Below are positions 11,703-21,448 of a stretch of 64,000 nucleotides of DNA, one piece after another. The DNA comes from an uncultured cyanobacterium. GTDB taxonomy: Bacteria > Cyanobacteriota > Cyanobacteriia > Cyanobacteriales > CAWCAG01. The stretch covers positions 64,001 to 128,000 of the forward strand of contig CAWDOD010000004.1 in NCBI GenBank assembly GCA_963803805.1, read 5' to 3'. Under the pieces are notes generated by a model that had not been told where the DNA came from, did no database searches, and worked only from the letters and a program-made list of their open reading frames with translations. The position numbers were made by a program, and so were the translations under genes. How positions within the stretch are numbered: the stretch's first letter is position 1; every line of letters begins with the position of its first letter.

Positions 11703-13907
11703 TTAATCCCCAGGAACCTCTACTTTATCAACATCCACAGTTAAACCTGCCAACTTTTCTCTAATTTCTGGATCAAGGGCTTCTTGATATCTCCCCCCCA
11801 GGTACTTAGCGAAAAAGCGTTCCATCGCTGCTGCTACCGCTAAACTATTAGTTTCTCCAGAAAAACCATGGCCTTCATCTGGGGCTAAAAGATACTCTAC
11901 ATCCTGTCCTAAGTCTCGTAGGGCAACCACAATTTGGTCTGACTCTGCTTGCTTAACTCTGGGATCATTAGCCCCTTGAATGACCATTAAAGGGGCTTTT
12001 ATTTCTTGGGCGGAGAAGAGGGGGGATTGTTGTTTAAGACGCTCTATTTGTTGAGGATCGCTAGGATCTCCTACTCGTCTTTTCATGTTGTTAAGGAAGC
12101 TTTCCCAATAGGGAGGAACTGATTCAAGGAGGGTAATAATATTAGAAGGGCCAACATAAGAAACTCCTGCTGCGTAAACATCAGGGGTAAAAGCTAAGCC
12201 TGATAAGGTGGCGTAACCACCATAGGAAGCGCCGAAGATACCAATTTTTTCAGGATCAGCTATGCCTTGTTCTACTAAGTATTTAGCCCCGTCGGTAATG
12301 TCATGTTGCATTGCACCTATACCCCATTCCTTATTACCTGCATTGATAAAGGCTTTGCCATAGCCTGTAGAACCTCGAAAGTTAGGCTGTAAGACTGCAT
12401 AACCTCGATTAGCTAAAAATTGGGCAAAGGGATTATAACCCCAAACATCCCGCGCCCAAGGGCCACCATGGGGAAAAATAACTGTAGGTAGATTGCGGGG
12501 TTCAACACCTTTGGGTAAGGTGAGGTAAGCAGAAATTTCTAAACCATCCCTAGCTGTGTAGCGGATGGGTTTCATCGGGGCTAAATGTTCCCGGTTAATT
12601 TGCGGTAAAAAGTCGTAAACTTTTTCTAAGTTTAAGGTTTGACGATTGAAGAGGTAGATAGAACCGGGATTAACATCACTACTAATATTAACTAAAGCTA
12701 ATTTGCCATCTTCAGTGATGCTATTTAAGCCTATATCTCCTGGGGACAAGTTTGTTTGGAGAAATTCTAGTTCCTTAGTAAATTTCTCATTTTGAGGATA
12801 AATGCGGAGGCGATCGCCAACATAAAAAGTGGCAATAAGTTCTTCGGTGACAGGGGAGAAAACTGAACCACCAAAATCAGCTTCTTTTTGAGGATCTTGA
12901 GCAACTAATTCTATTTCCTGGGTTTGGGGGTTGAAAAGAACCAATTGGGTTAAATCGTTTTCTGGCCCTTTATTGGTAATTAGGTAAACTCTTTTTCCAT
13001 CAGGATGGTAGCGAATGGGGTTACAAGTTTCCCCAAAAATACAGGCATAAACAGGTACAAGTTTCTCCCCGTCTACTCGCAAGATTTCTGTACCACCATC
13101 AGCTAAAGTGCGCACTGCTAAACGAACGTTACCCTCTAAATCAGTTACCCACTGGGCAATATTTTGGTCATTGGTAACTAAAAGTTCTTTTTCCCCTGTG
13201 GTTAAATCTAAGCTATAAAGATCATGAAATCTGGGGTCACGATTGTTAAGCCCTATGATAATTTGGTTGGGGGTATTTTCCGGTACAGCGACGATCCGGG
13301 CTTGAACGTTTTCTTCTGGGGTTAAGTCTCGCGCGGTTGCTAGATTCTCTCCTTGGGGAGAAGCGGCATAAATACGAAAATTTTCATCTCCGCCACTATC
13401 TTGGGCATAAAGAATATACTTTCCATCTCTACTCCAAAAATAGCCTGGGATAGAACGTTGAGTATCTTTGGTGATCGGGCGGGCGGCTTCAAAAGGTTCG
13501 TTAGTGCCTTTAACCCAAATATTTCTGACTCCATCAATGGGTTTGAGGAAAGAAAGATATTTACCATCAGGAGATAACTGCGGTGCAGAAATTTCCGGGT
13601 TGCCAAAGAACAATTCCCTGTCTATTAAGGGAGGGAGTTGATTGGAAGTAGGGGATTTACCCTCTATTTCATCAAGCTTTTGTCTAATCTCTTGTAACTT
13701 CCTTTGCAGTCTTTCTATTTCTGTTTCTTGAGTAACTCCTTCGTTATTTTGTTTTTCAAATCTCTCAATTCCTCCCTCAAATTGTTCTCTACCTCGTTCA
13801 GAAAAATCTGGTCGATTTGGTCTAGCTTGGGCTAGAGTAATTGAGCTTAAGGTAGTCAAGCAAAATGTTATGGCTACAAGAATTCTCAGTTTCATCTTAC
13901 TTTCCAA
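11703..13907 (-). CDS. S9 family (prolyl oligopeptidase-like) serine peptidase, secreted
   Basis: Signal peptide, propeller region, [16 protein letters not shown] nucleophile, [14 protein letters not shown]. Confidence 0.93.
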   Translation of the reverse strand: MESKMKLRILVAITFCLTTLSSITLAQARPNRPDFSERGREQFEGGIERFEKQNNEGVTQETEIERLQRKLQEIRQKLDEIEGKSPTSNQLPPLIDRELFFGNPEISAPQLSPDGKYLSFLKPIDGVRNIWVKGTNEPFEAARPITKDTQRSIPGYFWSRDGKYILYAQDSGGDENFRIYAASPQGENLATARDLTPEENVQARIVAVPENTPNQIIIGLNNRDPRFHDLYSLDLTTGEKELLVTNDQNIAQWVTDLEGNVRLAVRTLADGGTEILRVDGEKLVPVYACIFGETCNPIRYHPDGKRVYLITNKGPENDLTQLVLFNPQTQEIELVAQDPQKEADFGGSVFSPVTEELIATFYVGDRLRIYPQNEKFTKELEFLQTNLSPGDIGLNSITEDGKLALVNISSDVNPGSIYLFNRQTLNLEKVYDFLPQINREHLAPMKPIRYTARDGLEISAYLTLPKGVEPRNLPTVIFPHGGPWARDVWGYNPFAQFLANRGYAVLQPNFRGSTGYGKAFINAGNKEWGIGAMQHDITDGAKYLVEQGIADPEKIGIFGASYGGYATLSGLAFTPDVYAAGVSYVGPSNIITLLESVPPYWESFLNNMKRRVGDPSDPQQIERLKQQSPLFSAQEIKAPLMVIQGANDPRVKQAESDQIVVALRDLGQDVEYLLAPDEGHGFSGETNSLAVAAAMERFFAKYLGGRYQEALDPEIREKLAGLTVDVDKVEVPGD

Positions 13908-14022
13908 TAGTCACCGCTAGGCAATACTAGTCAATAAACCAGGAAATGATCCTAGCGTTTTTCCTTCCTCAACAAGATAATTAGGAACACAATCTCAACT
14001 GGACTATGCCCCTAATTATTAT

Positions 14023-14553
14023 TTAAGACAGATAACCAGATTCTTTCATCTTGGCAATAACTTTATCAACACTCTCAGACAAATCTTCTAAATCTGTACG
14101 ACATTCCACTTCAGGATTTTCCGGTACTTCATAGGGATCATCAATACCAGTAAAACCTTTGATTTCCCCTGCCCTAGCTTTTTTATAAAGTCCTTTGACA
14201 TCACGATCTTCGCAGACATTCAGGGGGGCATTAACAAAAACCTCGATGAAATCACCAATTTTTTGCTTAACTTCTTGGCGAATCTCTCGATAAGGAGAAA
14301 TAGCCGAAACTAAAACAATGACCCCATTACGGGTAAGTAGGTGTGAAACAAAGCCGATTCTGCGGATATTCTCATCTCGATCTTCTTTAGAAAAACCTAA
14401 CCCTTTAGTTAAGTTTTGACGAACTATATCCCCGTCTAATATCTCTAACTTGCATCCTAAAGAACGCAGGTTTTCGGCTAAAGCTTGAGTAATAGTGGTT
14501 TTACCTGCACCGCTTAAACCAGTAAACCATAATGTTACACCACGCTGATTCAT
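14023..14553 (-). CDS. cysC: Adenylyl-sulfate kinase (ATG 14553 preferred over TTG 14571)
   Basis: WFTGLSGAGKTT, LDGDIVR, SKEDRDENIRR, RDVKGLYKKARAGEIKGFTGIDDPYE. Confidence 0.97.
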   Translation of the reverse strand: MNQRGVTLWFTGLSGAGKTTITQALAENLRSLGCKLEILDGDIVRQNLTKGLGFSKEDRDENIRRIGFVSHLLTRNGVIVLVSAISPYREIRQEVKQKIGDFIEVFVNAPLNVCEDRDVKGLYKKARAGEIKGFTGIDDPYEVPENPEVECRTDLEDLSESVDKVIAKMKESGYLS

Positions 14554-14784
14554 GAGCAATTTTGTTCCCAAATATTAAGACTCGTTTTTGCAGTAAAACT
14601 GATCCTATCTCAAATGGTCAATGGTTAATAGCAATTTTATGACTATTGACTTATGTCAAGCCTGTTTGAATAATCTTCACAGTATCTATATAAACTCTTC
14701 ATCGTAACTTTAATAAGTTTAACTTTCGCAATGATGTAATAGGAAACAAGTTAAGTGAATTTTTGAGATTATCTAGGCGTTGAT

Positions 14785-15579
14785 ATGGCAAGTATTCAAA
14801 CAATTACATCTGTTCTTGCAGGAAGCCTAATAGTTGCTTTGAGTATATTTACAACTAGTTCAGCCAAGGCAGACACCACTACTATTCTTAACTTCGATAC
14901 CCAATTTGATGGTACTCCGGTAGCTACAGGAGATGGCACTAAAGTTAATGAAACTCAGCTTTTCCAAGGTTATGGTGTAGAATTAGGGACAACTAATCCT
15001 AATAATAATCCCCTAGTACTTTTTAATAGTAACTGCGGCCCAGATTTCGGGACTATATGTACTGGTGGAGATCCAGATTTAGCTTCTGGTCCTTCTTTTG
15101 GTAGTGAGGCTCAAGGTAATGTTTTAATTATTCAAGAAAGGAAAAATTTAACGATTCCAGATGATGATACTGATGGGGGAGTTTTTGAATTTGAGTTTAC
15201 TGATAAAAGTGGCGTAACTTTTGATAAGATTGGCATTCTTGATTTAGATGAAGGGGTTGCCCCAATCTTTAAATTCTTTCAAGAAAAAGATGGGGTAGAA
15301 ACAAGTACTGTTTTTAATGTTGGTGATGTAGGTTTGGGAGTCACTCTTTTAAATCCTAGTAACCCCGACGATAATTCCCTAAGAGAGTACGATTTTAGCG
15401 CCCTCACCCTAAGCAACGTTAAGCGCCTAGAGGTGGAGTTAGATGATGTTAGTGGCGCGATCGCTTACCTGCAATATCAACGTTCTCAAGAAGTTCCCGA
15501 ACCTACTACAATTCTAAGTTTTATGGCAGTAGGTGGTTTAGGATTTTTAGCTAAGAAAAAAAGGGTTGCTAGTTGCTAA
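14785..15579 (+). CDS. PEP-CTERM sorting-domain surface protein
   Basis: Signal peptide; acidic Gly/Thr-rich body; C-terminal VPEPTTILSFMAVGGLGFLAKKKR. Confidence 0.92.
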   Translation: MASIQTITSVLAGSLIVALSIFTTSSAKADTTTILNFDTQFDGTPVATGDGTKVNETQLFQGYGVELGTTNPNNNPLVLFNSNCGPDFGTICTGGDPDLASGPSFGSEAQGNVLIIQERKNLTIPDDDTDGGVFEFEFTDKSGVTFDKIGILDLDEGVAPIFKFFQEKDGVETSTVFNVGDVGLGVTLLNPSNPDDNSLREYDFSALTLSNVKRLEVELDDVSGAIAYLQYQRSQEVPEPTTILSFMAVGGLGFLAKKKRVASC

Positions 15580-15643
15580 TGGCTAGTCGCTAGTTGCTAT
15601 AAGTTTATACAATAGGGAAAGTCGCTACCGTTAGCTAGTTAAG

Positions 15644-17713
15644 ATGCCAGACTTTCCTACACTGCAACCAGGCAATTATCAGATTCTTTCAGAACTAGGT
15701 CACAATAGCTTAGGAGGAAGAGTAACCTACCTTGCTAACCAAGTAGCTAATTATCAAAAAGTAGTTATTAAACAGTTTCAATTTGCTAAACTGGGTGCTA
15801 ATTGGCAAGAATATGATACCTACGAACAAGAATCAACCATGCTGCGGAATCTTCATCATCCCAGCATCCCTCGTTACTTAGATTCTTTTTCTACTCCTGA
15901 TGGTTTCTGTTTAGTACAAGAATACATCGAAGCTGTTCCTTTAACCACACAAAGAAATTGGACACCAGATGGCATAAGAAAGCTTGCCCTGGCTGTTTTG
16001 GATATTCTTATTTATCTGCAACAGCAACAACCTAGCATTATTCACCGGGATTTGAAACCAGAAAATATTTTAATAGATGCAGAAGAGAAAGTCTATTTAG
16101 TTGACTTTGGTTTTGCTAGAAGTGGAGGGGGAGAAGTAGCGCTTAGTAGTGTGGTAAAAGGTACTTTAGGTTTCATGCCACCGGAACAACTTTTTAATAG
16201 GGAATTAAGCGAAGCAGCAGATTTATATGGTTTAGGAATGACGTTGATTTGTTTGTTAACGGGGACTAATTCTGTTGCAGTTGGTAATTTAATTGATGGT
16301 AACTATTATGTTCATTTCCGTCACCTTGTACCATCGGGGGCAAATGCTTGGTTAAATTGGTTAGAAAGGTTAGTTGAACCCAATCCTCAAAACCGTTTTG
16401 CTAATGCTAAAACAGCCAAGGAAGCATTGCAAGAAATTGATCTAACTCGTTTACCGAAATTGAGGTTAAGTGAAGAGAAGTTAGAAGTTAAAGCTAATGA
16501 ATGGGGAGAGAAAGTTAGCACAATTTTACAAGTTAGTAATCCTATTCCCGATACTTTACTTTCAGGGCGTTGGGAAGTTGCACCACACAAACATGATCCG
16601 CCTCATAGCCCTTATGACCATAGTTGGATTAGTTTTTATCCTCGCAAGTTTTCTAGTAATCAGCAAGTTTTTCAGATTGAGGTAGATACTAGCAAGTTAT
16701 TGGCAGGAAAAAGTTATCAACGATACCTGGTTTTACATAGTAATGCTGGCGAAGATAGTCGAGTGATTAATTTAAAGGTAAGAACAAAATCTCTACCTCA
16801 GTTACCACGGCTGCATTATCCTTCTTTAATGGTAGTTGCTGCTGTTTATTTTTTAGCGATATTACTATTTCTGGGTGTTTTGCTGGAGATAAGAGGTGGT
16901 ACTTCTTTGCCTAAATTATTACCAAACAACGATCCTTTATTTTTCTGGCTGTTTCTACCTTTTGGCTTAGGCATTCTCTGGGGAACTTTTATTAACGATA
17001 GATTACTATCTGTGGCTAATCTAGAAAAAATAAGGAATATTTATACTGGACTTGGTTGCTGGACATTTATAGCTACCTTATTTGGTATTTCTGTCGCTTC
17101 TCAGTTGGTAGGAATTTCTTTTTTATTCGCAGCTATAGGTTTGTGTCTTTGTATTTTGATTGGTGAAAGTTTTTTTATTTACAACGAAAAACATCAGACA
17201 AAATCTAAGGCTGATAATCGTAAGAATTTAATCGAATTATTTTTTGCGCTTTTGATTGGCTATTCTCTACTTACTGTTGCAGTGTACTTATTTATTGCGA
17301 ATGGAGATAGTGACCTTGTAAGTGACACTTGGGCATTAATTTGGCGAGGTTGTGCCGTAATATTTATTTTATTTACTAGTATTATTATTAGCTACAAAGT
17401 TTTGGCAAATGCTAAAAACAAACACCAATTTAAACGAGGATTTACTTCTAGTGAAGCAAGTTCAATTAGTTTATTAACGGCTGGTTTAGGCGCAAGTATC
17501 AGTGCCACAATCTTAGGAGTTTACCTGCTTTATAATTCAACTATAAATCCTGATCTAACTTCACAACAACAATTGTTATTAAGGTTCATAGCAACTATAC
17601 CTGTTATTACTCACTGCGTTTCTCTAAGTAAGTTTGTTATTTTTAAACCACGCCACATTAAAAGAATTATCACTAACTATCAAGCCAAGAAAGAACAACT
17701 AATCAAACCCTAA
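15644..17713 (+). CDS. Ser/Thr protein kinase with polytopic membrane C-terminus
   Basis: VVIKQ, IHRDLKPEN, LVDFG, GTLGFMPPEQ; multiple TM helices after residue ~390. Confidence 0.93.
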   Translation: MPDFPTLQPGNYQILSELGHNSLGGRVTYLANQVANYQKVVIKQFQFAKLGANWQEYDTYEQESTMLRNLHHPSIPRYLDSFSTPDGFCLVQEYIEAVPLTTQRNWTPDGIRKLALAVLDILIYLQQQQPSIIHRDLKPENILIDAEEKVYLVDFGFARSGGGEVALSSVVKGTLGFMPPEQLFNRELSEAADLYGLGMTLICLLTGTNSVAVGNLIDGNYYVHFRHLVPSGANAWLNWLERLVEPNPQNRFANAKTAKEALQEIDLTRLPKLRLSEEKLEVKANEWGEKVSTILQVSNPIPDTLLSGRWEVAPHKHDPPHSPYDHSWISFYPRKFSSNQQVFQIEVDTSKLLAGKSYQRYLVLHSNAGEDSRVINLKVRTKSLPQLPRLHYPSLMVVAAVYFLAILLFLGVLLEIRGGTSLPKLLPNNDPLFFWLFLPFGLGILWGTFINDRLLSVANLEKIRNIYTGLGCWTFIATLFGISVASQLVGISFLFAAIGLCLCILIGESFFIYNEKHQTKSKADNRKNLIELFFALLIGYSLLTVAVYLFIANGDSDLVSDTWALIWRGCAVIFILFTSIIISYKVLANAKNKHQFKRGFTSSEASSISLLTAGLGASISATILGVYLLYNSTINPDLTSQQQLLLRFIATIPVITHCVSLSKFVIFKPRHIKRIITNYQAKKEQLIKP

Positions 17714-17717
17714 AACC

Positions 17718-18977
17718 ATGAATAACTTTCCTGACTTTACTAACTATGGCTATAAAATACTTTCTGAATTGGGACATAATCGCGCCGGGGGCAGAGTTAC
17801 TTATTTAGCCAAGGAAATTAATACTGGAATATCCGTAGTGATTAAACAGTTTCAGTTTGCCCAAACTAGTAATACTTGGTCAGATTATCATGCTTATGAA
17901 AGAGAAATTGCTGTCCTCAAAAAAATCAACCATCCGCAAATTCCTCGTTATCTTGATTCTTTCCCTACCTCAAGCGGTTTTTGCTTATTACAAGAATACA
18001 AAGATGCTCCTTCTTTAGTAAAGCAAACGCAACTATCACCTCAACAGGTAAAGCAAATTGCGATCGCAGTTTTAGATATACTGCAATACCTACATAACCA
18101 AATTCCTCCCATCATTCATCGGGATTTAAAACCAGAGAATATTTTAGTTGATAAAGACTTAAAAGTTTACTTAGTAGATTTTGGTTTTGCTAGGTTAGGA
18201 GGAGGAGAAGTTGCTGTTAGTAGTGTGGTCAAAGGTACATTAGGTTTCATGCCCCCTGAACAAATGTTTAACCGCCAAATTACTCCTGCTTCGGATCTTT
18301 ATAGCTTAGGGGCAACCTTGATTTGCTTACTTACCGCAACCCCTTCTACGGAGGTAGGTAACTTGATGGATGAAACCGGAAAAATCGATTTTGTTAAGCG
18401 AGTTCCCCATCTTAGTTTAGAATTTATTGACTGGCTACAAAAGATGGTTGCTCCCTTACCTCAAGAGCGTTATGCTAATGCCGAAGTTGCTTTAGATACT
18501 CTTCTTTCTCTTAATGTTTTACGACCTCACGAAATAAGTAAAAAGCTTAAAATAGCAACTACGATTGGTTTAGTAGCTGTGGGTATTATGATCGCTACAC
18601 CTTTAGCCAGAAAGCAACGGGTTGCTCTAACAGAATTAAATCCTTCAGTCGTAAATATATACACCCAAATGGGATCAAGTTTAGATGGTGCAGGAGTAAG
18701 GTTAGAAACTGTACCAATGAATGTTAAACAAATTTATTTTACAGTCAAAATTAATGATGTAAGTCCATCTACTCCAGATGGTGTTTGTCAACTCTTTGAT
18801 GGTGAAGGGAAGTTGATAGGGATGGGAGAAACTCCTTCTTTTATTGAGCAAAATAGCTTAAAAACTTTCTGTACTTATCAGTTTTCTAACCAACAGCCTC
18901 AAGCTGGAGAATGGCAGTTTAAGTTTGCCCTTAATGGAGAAGTAGTAGCTAAGAAGAATTTTGTCGTAGTTGAATAA
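17718..18977 (+). CDS. Ser/Thr protein kinase with single TM and external domain
   Basis: Same kinase motifs as the upstream gene; one TM segment then a beta-rich domain. Confidence 0.93.
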   Translation: MNNFPDFTNYGYKILSELGHNRAGGRVTYLAKEINTGISVVIKQFQFAQTSNTWSDYHAYEREIAVLKKINHPQIPRYLDSFPTSSGFCLLQEYKDAPSLVKQTQLSPQQVKQIAIAVLDILQYLHNQIPPIIHRDLKPENILVDKDLKVYLVDFGFARLGGGEVAVSSVVKGTLGFMPPEQMFNRQITPASDLYSLGATLICLLTATPSTEVGNLMDETGKIDFVKRVPHLSLEFIDWLQKMVAPLPQERYANAEVALDTLLSLNVLRPHEISKKLKIATTIGLVAVGIMIATPLARKQRVALTELNPSVVNIYTQMGSSLDGAGVRLETVPMNVKQIYFTVKINDVSPSTPDGVCQLFDGEGKLIGMGETPSFIEQNSLKTFCTYQFSNQQPQAGEWQFKFALNGEVVAKKNFVVVE

Positions 18978-19052
18978 TAGAGTTGGTTAGCGCTTTTTTA
19001 AAACTAAGCATCAAAGAAAAATAAAATTGCCTTGAAAAGCTATTTTTAGGAG

Positions 19053-19089
19053 CGCACCTTTTCCACCATGTACATAATATCATGTCAAG
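19053..19089. repeat. 37-bp dispersed element, copy 1
   Basis: CGCACCTTTTCCACCATGTACATAATATCATGTCAAG; 33/37 identical to 46134-46170. Confidence 0.8.
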
Positions 19090-19153
19090 AAGCAAGAAAA
19101 CAAGCCTTTAAATATATTTTCTCGTCTTAATTATCTGATTACCAATCTACTTA

Positions 19154-19792
19154 CTAAAAGATGCCATCTTGCTCCCTGCCATCAAAAACCTGGTCATCAC
19201 CTTCAGGACAAAAGAACTTATTATTAATTACTTTTGGCATTGCTGTATGTATAGGTTGCTGAGGTTGAATTACACAGATAATAGCTATTGTTTTTTCTGT
19301 TTTAGTAGTACCATCAGAAACAATAGCCACTGAACCTAGATAACTTCTATAATTTCTTTCCTCAGCTTGAGCAATATTAACTACTTGTTTAATTTCATTA
19401 CCATTTGTAAGTTCTTGAGGTTTCATGGGTGCTAATATTTCAAATTCATAATCTCCATTATTTTGATGAAATCCTAAACCCAATTCTGGAAAATCGAAAG
19501 TAAACTTACCCTGTTCTAAATAATAAGCTTCTTGAGCGCCATTCATTGAAACTATATCAGCCTTAGCTTCTGATTCTCTAAAGTTCTTGTTACTACTATA
19601 GTGAACGCACAAAAAACAATTGGGGTCAAACTTTTGGAAAGGAAGCAGTAAAGTGGTAAGTACACTGCTGTAAAGAAAAATCCTTACTAGAAAGCCAGGG
19701 AAAGTAAAACCTTGAGGTTGAGGTTGGCGATATAAGGAGAGTAAAAGTTTGCTAGTAAATGTTTTTGGTATCATGGTTTTATCGATTGTCAA
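19154..19792 (-). CDS. Type IV pilin-like G/H family protein; start uncertain
   Basis: TM segment then RESEAKADIVSMNGAQEAYYLEQGKFT...LGLG, RNYRSYLGSV and a C-terminal Cys pair. Confidence 0.75.
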   Translation of the reverse strand: MTIDKTMIPKTFTSKLLLSLYRQPQPQGFTFPGFLVRIFLYSSVLTTLLLPFQKFDPNCFLCVHYSSNKNFRESEAKADIVSMNGAQEAYYLEQGKFTFDFPELGLGFHQNNGDYEFEILAPMKPQELTNGNEIKQVVNIAQAEERNYRSYLGSVAIVSDGTTKTEKTIAIICVIQPQQPIHTAMPKVINNKFFCPEGDDQVFDGREQDGIF

Positions 19793-19927
19793 TTGGACGG
19801 CTTCGCTATTTTCGTTAGCTAAATTGGTTGATTGACTTTAAAAGCTATATTTTCAATATACCTTTTCTACTGTGCGAGTATTAATAACTAATATATCCCT
19901 TACCTTGGCTAGAAGCTAAAATGTTTA

Positions 19928-21412
19928 ATGAGCCATAAAAATAACCAATTACTACCCATTAATTGGGAAAAATTAGCTGCTGAATATAGTCAGAAAAAAA
20001 GTTCGTATCGGGTTTCAGAAGTTGGTAGTAAATATCAAGTTTCTCGTCCTAACACTCCTCAATTACCTAATTCCCTTAAACTGCGCCCCTATCAAATCCA
20101 AGCAGTCACTAACTGGTTTCGTAATCAGGGTAGAGGCACTTTAAAAATGGCTACAGGTAGTGGCAAAACCATTGCTGCTTTGGCTATTGCTACAGAACTT
20201 TATCAGAAAATAGGCTTAAAGGTTTTATTAGTAGTTTGTCCCTATCGTCATTTAGTTACCCAGTGGCAGAGAGAGTGCCATAAATTTAATTTACAACCAA
20301 TTTTAGCTTTTGAAAGGGTGACTAATTGGCAAAATCAACTTTCTACTCAACTTTATAATGTTCATGCCGAAAGCCAAAGTTTCGTTAGCGTTATTGTTAG
20401 TAATTCAACGTTAATTAGTCAAGGCTTCCAATCTCAACTCAAATTTTTCCCTGCTAAAACTTTAATTGTGGGAGATGAAGCACATAATCTTGGTTCCCAA
20501 CGTTTAGAAGCTAGTTTACCTCGCAATATTGGCTTACGTCTCGCCCTTTCTGCTACCCCAGAAAGATACTTTGATGAAGATGGAACAGAAGAGTTATTCA
20601 ATTATTTTGGAGAAGTTTTACAACCAGAATTCACCCTAGCCGATGCTATTAACCAAGGGGCATTAGTTCCCTATCTTTATTACCCTATTTTTGTAACTTT
20701 AACAGAATCAGAAAGCTTAAATTATGCCCAACTAACTAAGCGTATTGGTTGGGCATTACAAGCAAAGGAAGATTTGCAAAACAATCCCCTCTTAACTTCT
20801 TTATTAATGCAGCGATCGCGCTTAATTGGGGCTGCTGCTAATAAGTTGATTGCTTTGCGACAACTAATGGCAACTCGACTTGATACTTCCCATACTCTTT
20901 TTTATTGTGGTGATGGTTGGGTAGAGGGAGATCCAAGTAATGAGGAAAGCAAAAGACAATTAGCTGCGGTAACTAAAATTTTAGGGGCAGAATTAGGCTA
21001 TCGAGTTAACACCTATACTGCTGATACACCTTTAAAAGTAAGAGAAGAATTACGACAGCAATTTGAGAAAGGAGAATTACAAGGTTTAGTCGCAATTCGC
21101 TGTCTTGATGAAGGAGTAGATATTCCTGCTATTAAACAGGCAATTATTTTAGCTAGTACAAGTAATCCTCGACAATTTGTACAACGACGAGGGCGCATTT
21201 TACGTCCCTATCCTGGTAAGAAAAGAGCAACTCTTTTTGATACCATTGTTATGCCTCCAGATTTACCTAGAGATGCTTGGGAAGTGGAAAAGAATCTCTT
21301 ACAGAAAGAGTTGAAACGTTTTCTAGAGTTTGCTGCTTTAGCAGAAAATGCCAGTGAAGCGAAGCAGAAGTTTTTATATCTTCAGCAAAAATATGGAATC
21401 ATTGATCAATGA
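19928..21412 (+). CDS. SF2 helicase of ResIII type, resembling the cyanobacterial 'DNA phosphorothioation system restriction enzyme' family
   Basis: LRPYQ, MATGSGKT, DEAH, LSATPER, CLDEGVDIP, QFVQRRGRILR. Confidence 0.8.
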   Translation: MSHKNNQLLPINWEKLAAEYSQKKSSYRVSEVGSKYQVSRPNTPQLPNSLKLRPYQIQAVTNWFRNQGRGTLKMATGSGKTIAALAIATELYQKIGLKVLLVVCPYRHLVTQWQRECHKFNLQPILAFERVTNWQNQLSTQLYNVHAESQSFVSVIVSNSTLISQGFQSQLKFFPAKTLIVGDEAHNLGSQRLEASLPRNIGLRLALSATPERYFDEDGTEELFNYFGEVLQPEFTLADAINQGALVPYLYYPIFVTLTESESLNYAQLTKRIGWALQAKEDLQNNPLLTSLLMQRSRLIGAAANKLIALRQLMATRLDTSHTLFYCGDGWVEGDPSNEESKRQLAAVTKILGAELGYRVNTYTADTPLKVREELRQQFEKGELQGLVAIRCLDEGVDIPAIKQAIILASTSNPRQFVQRRGRILRPYPGKKRATLFDTIVMPPDLPRDAWEVEKNLLQKELKRFLEFAALAENASEAKQKFLYLQQKYGIIDQ

Positions 21413-21448
21413 TCATTGATCTGTGGCTTATCTAATATCAATATTTTT

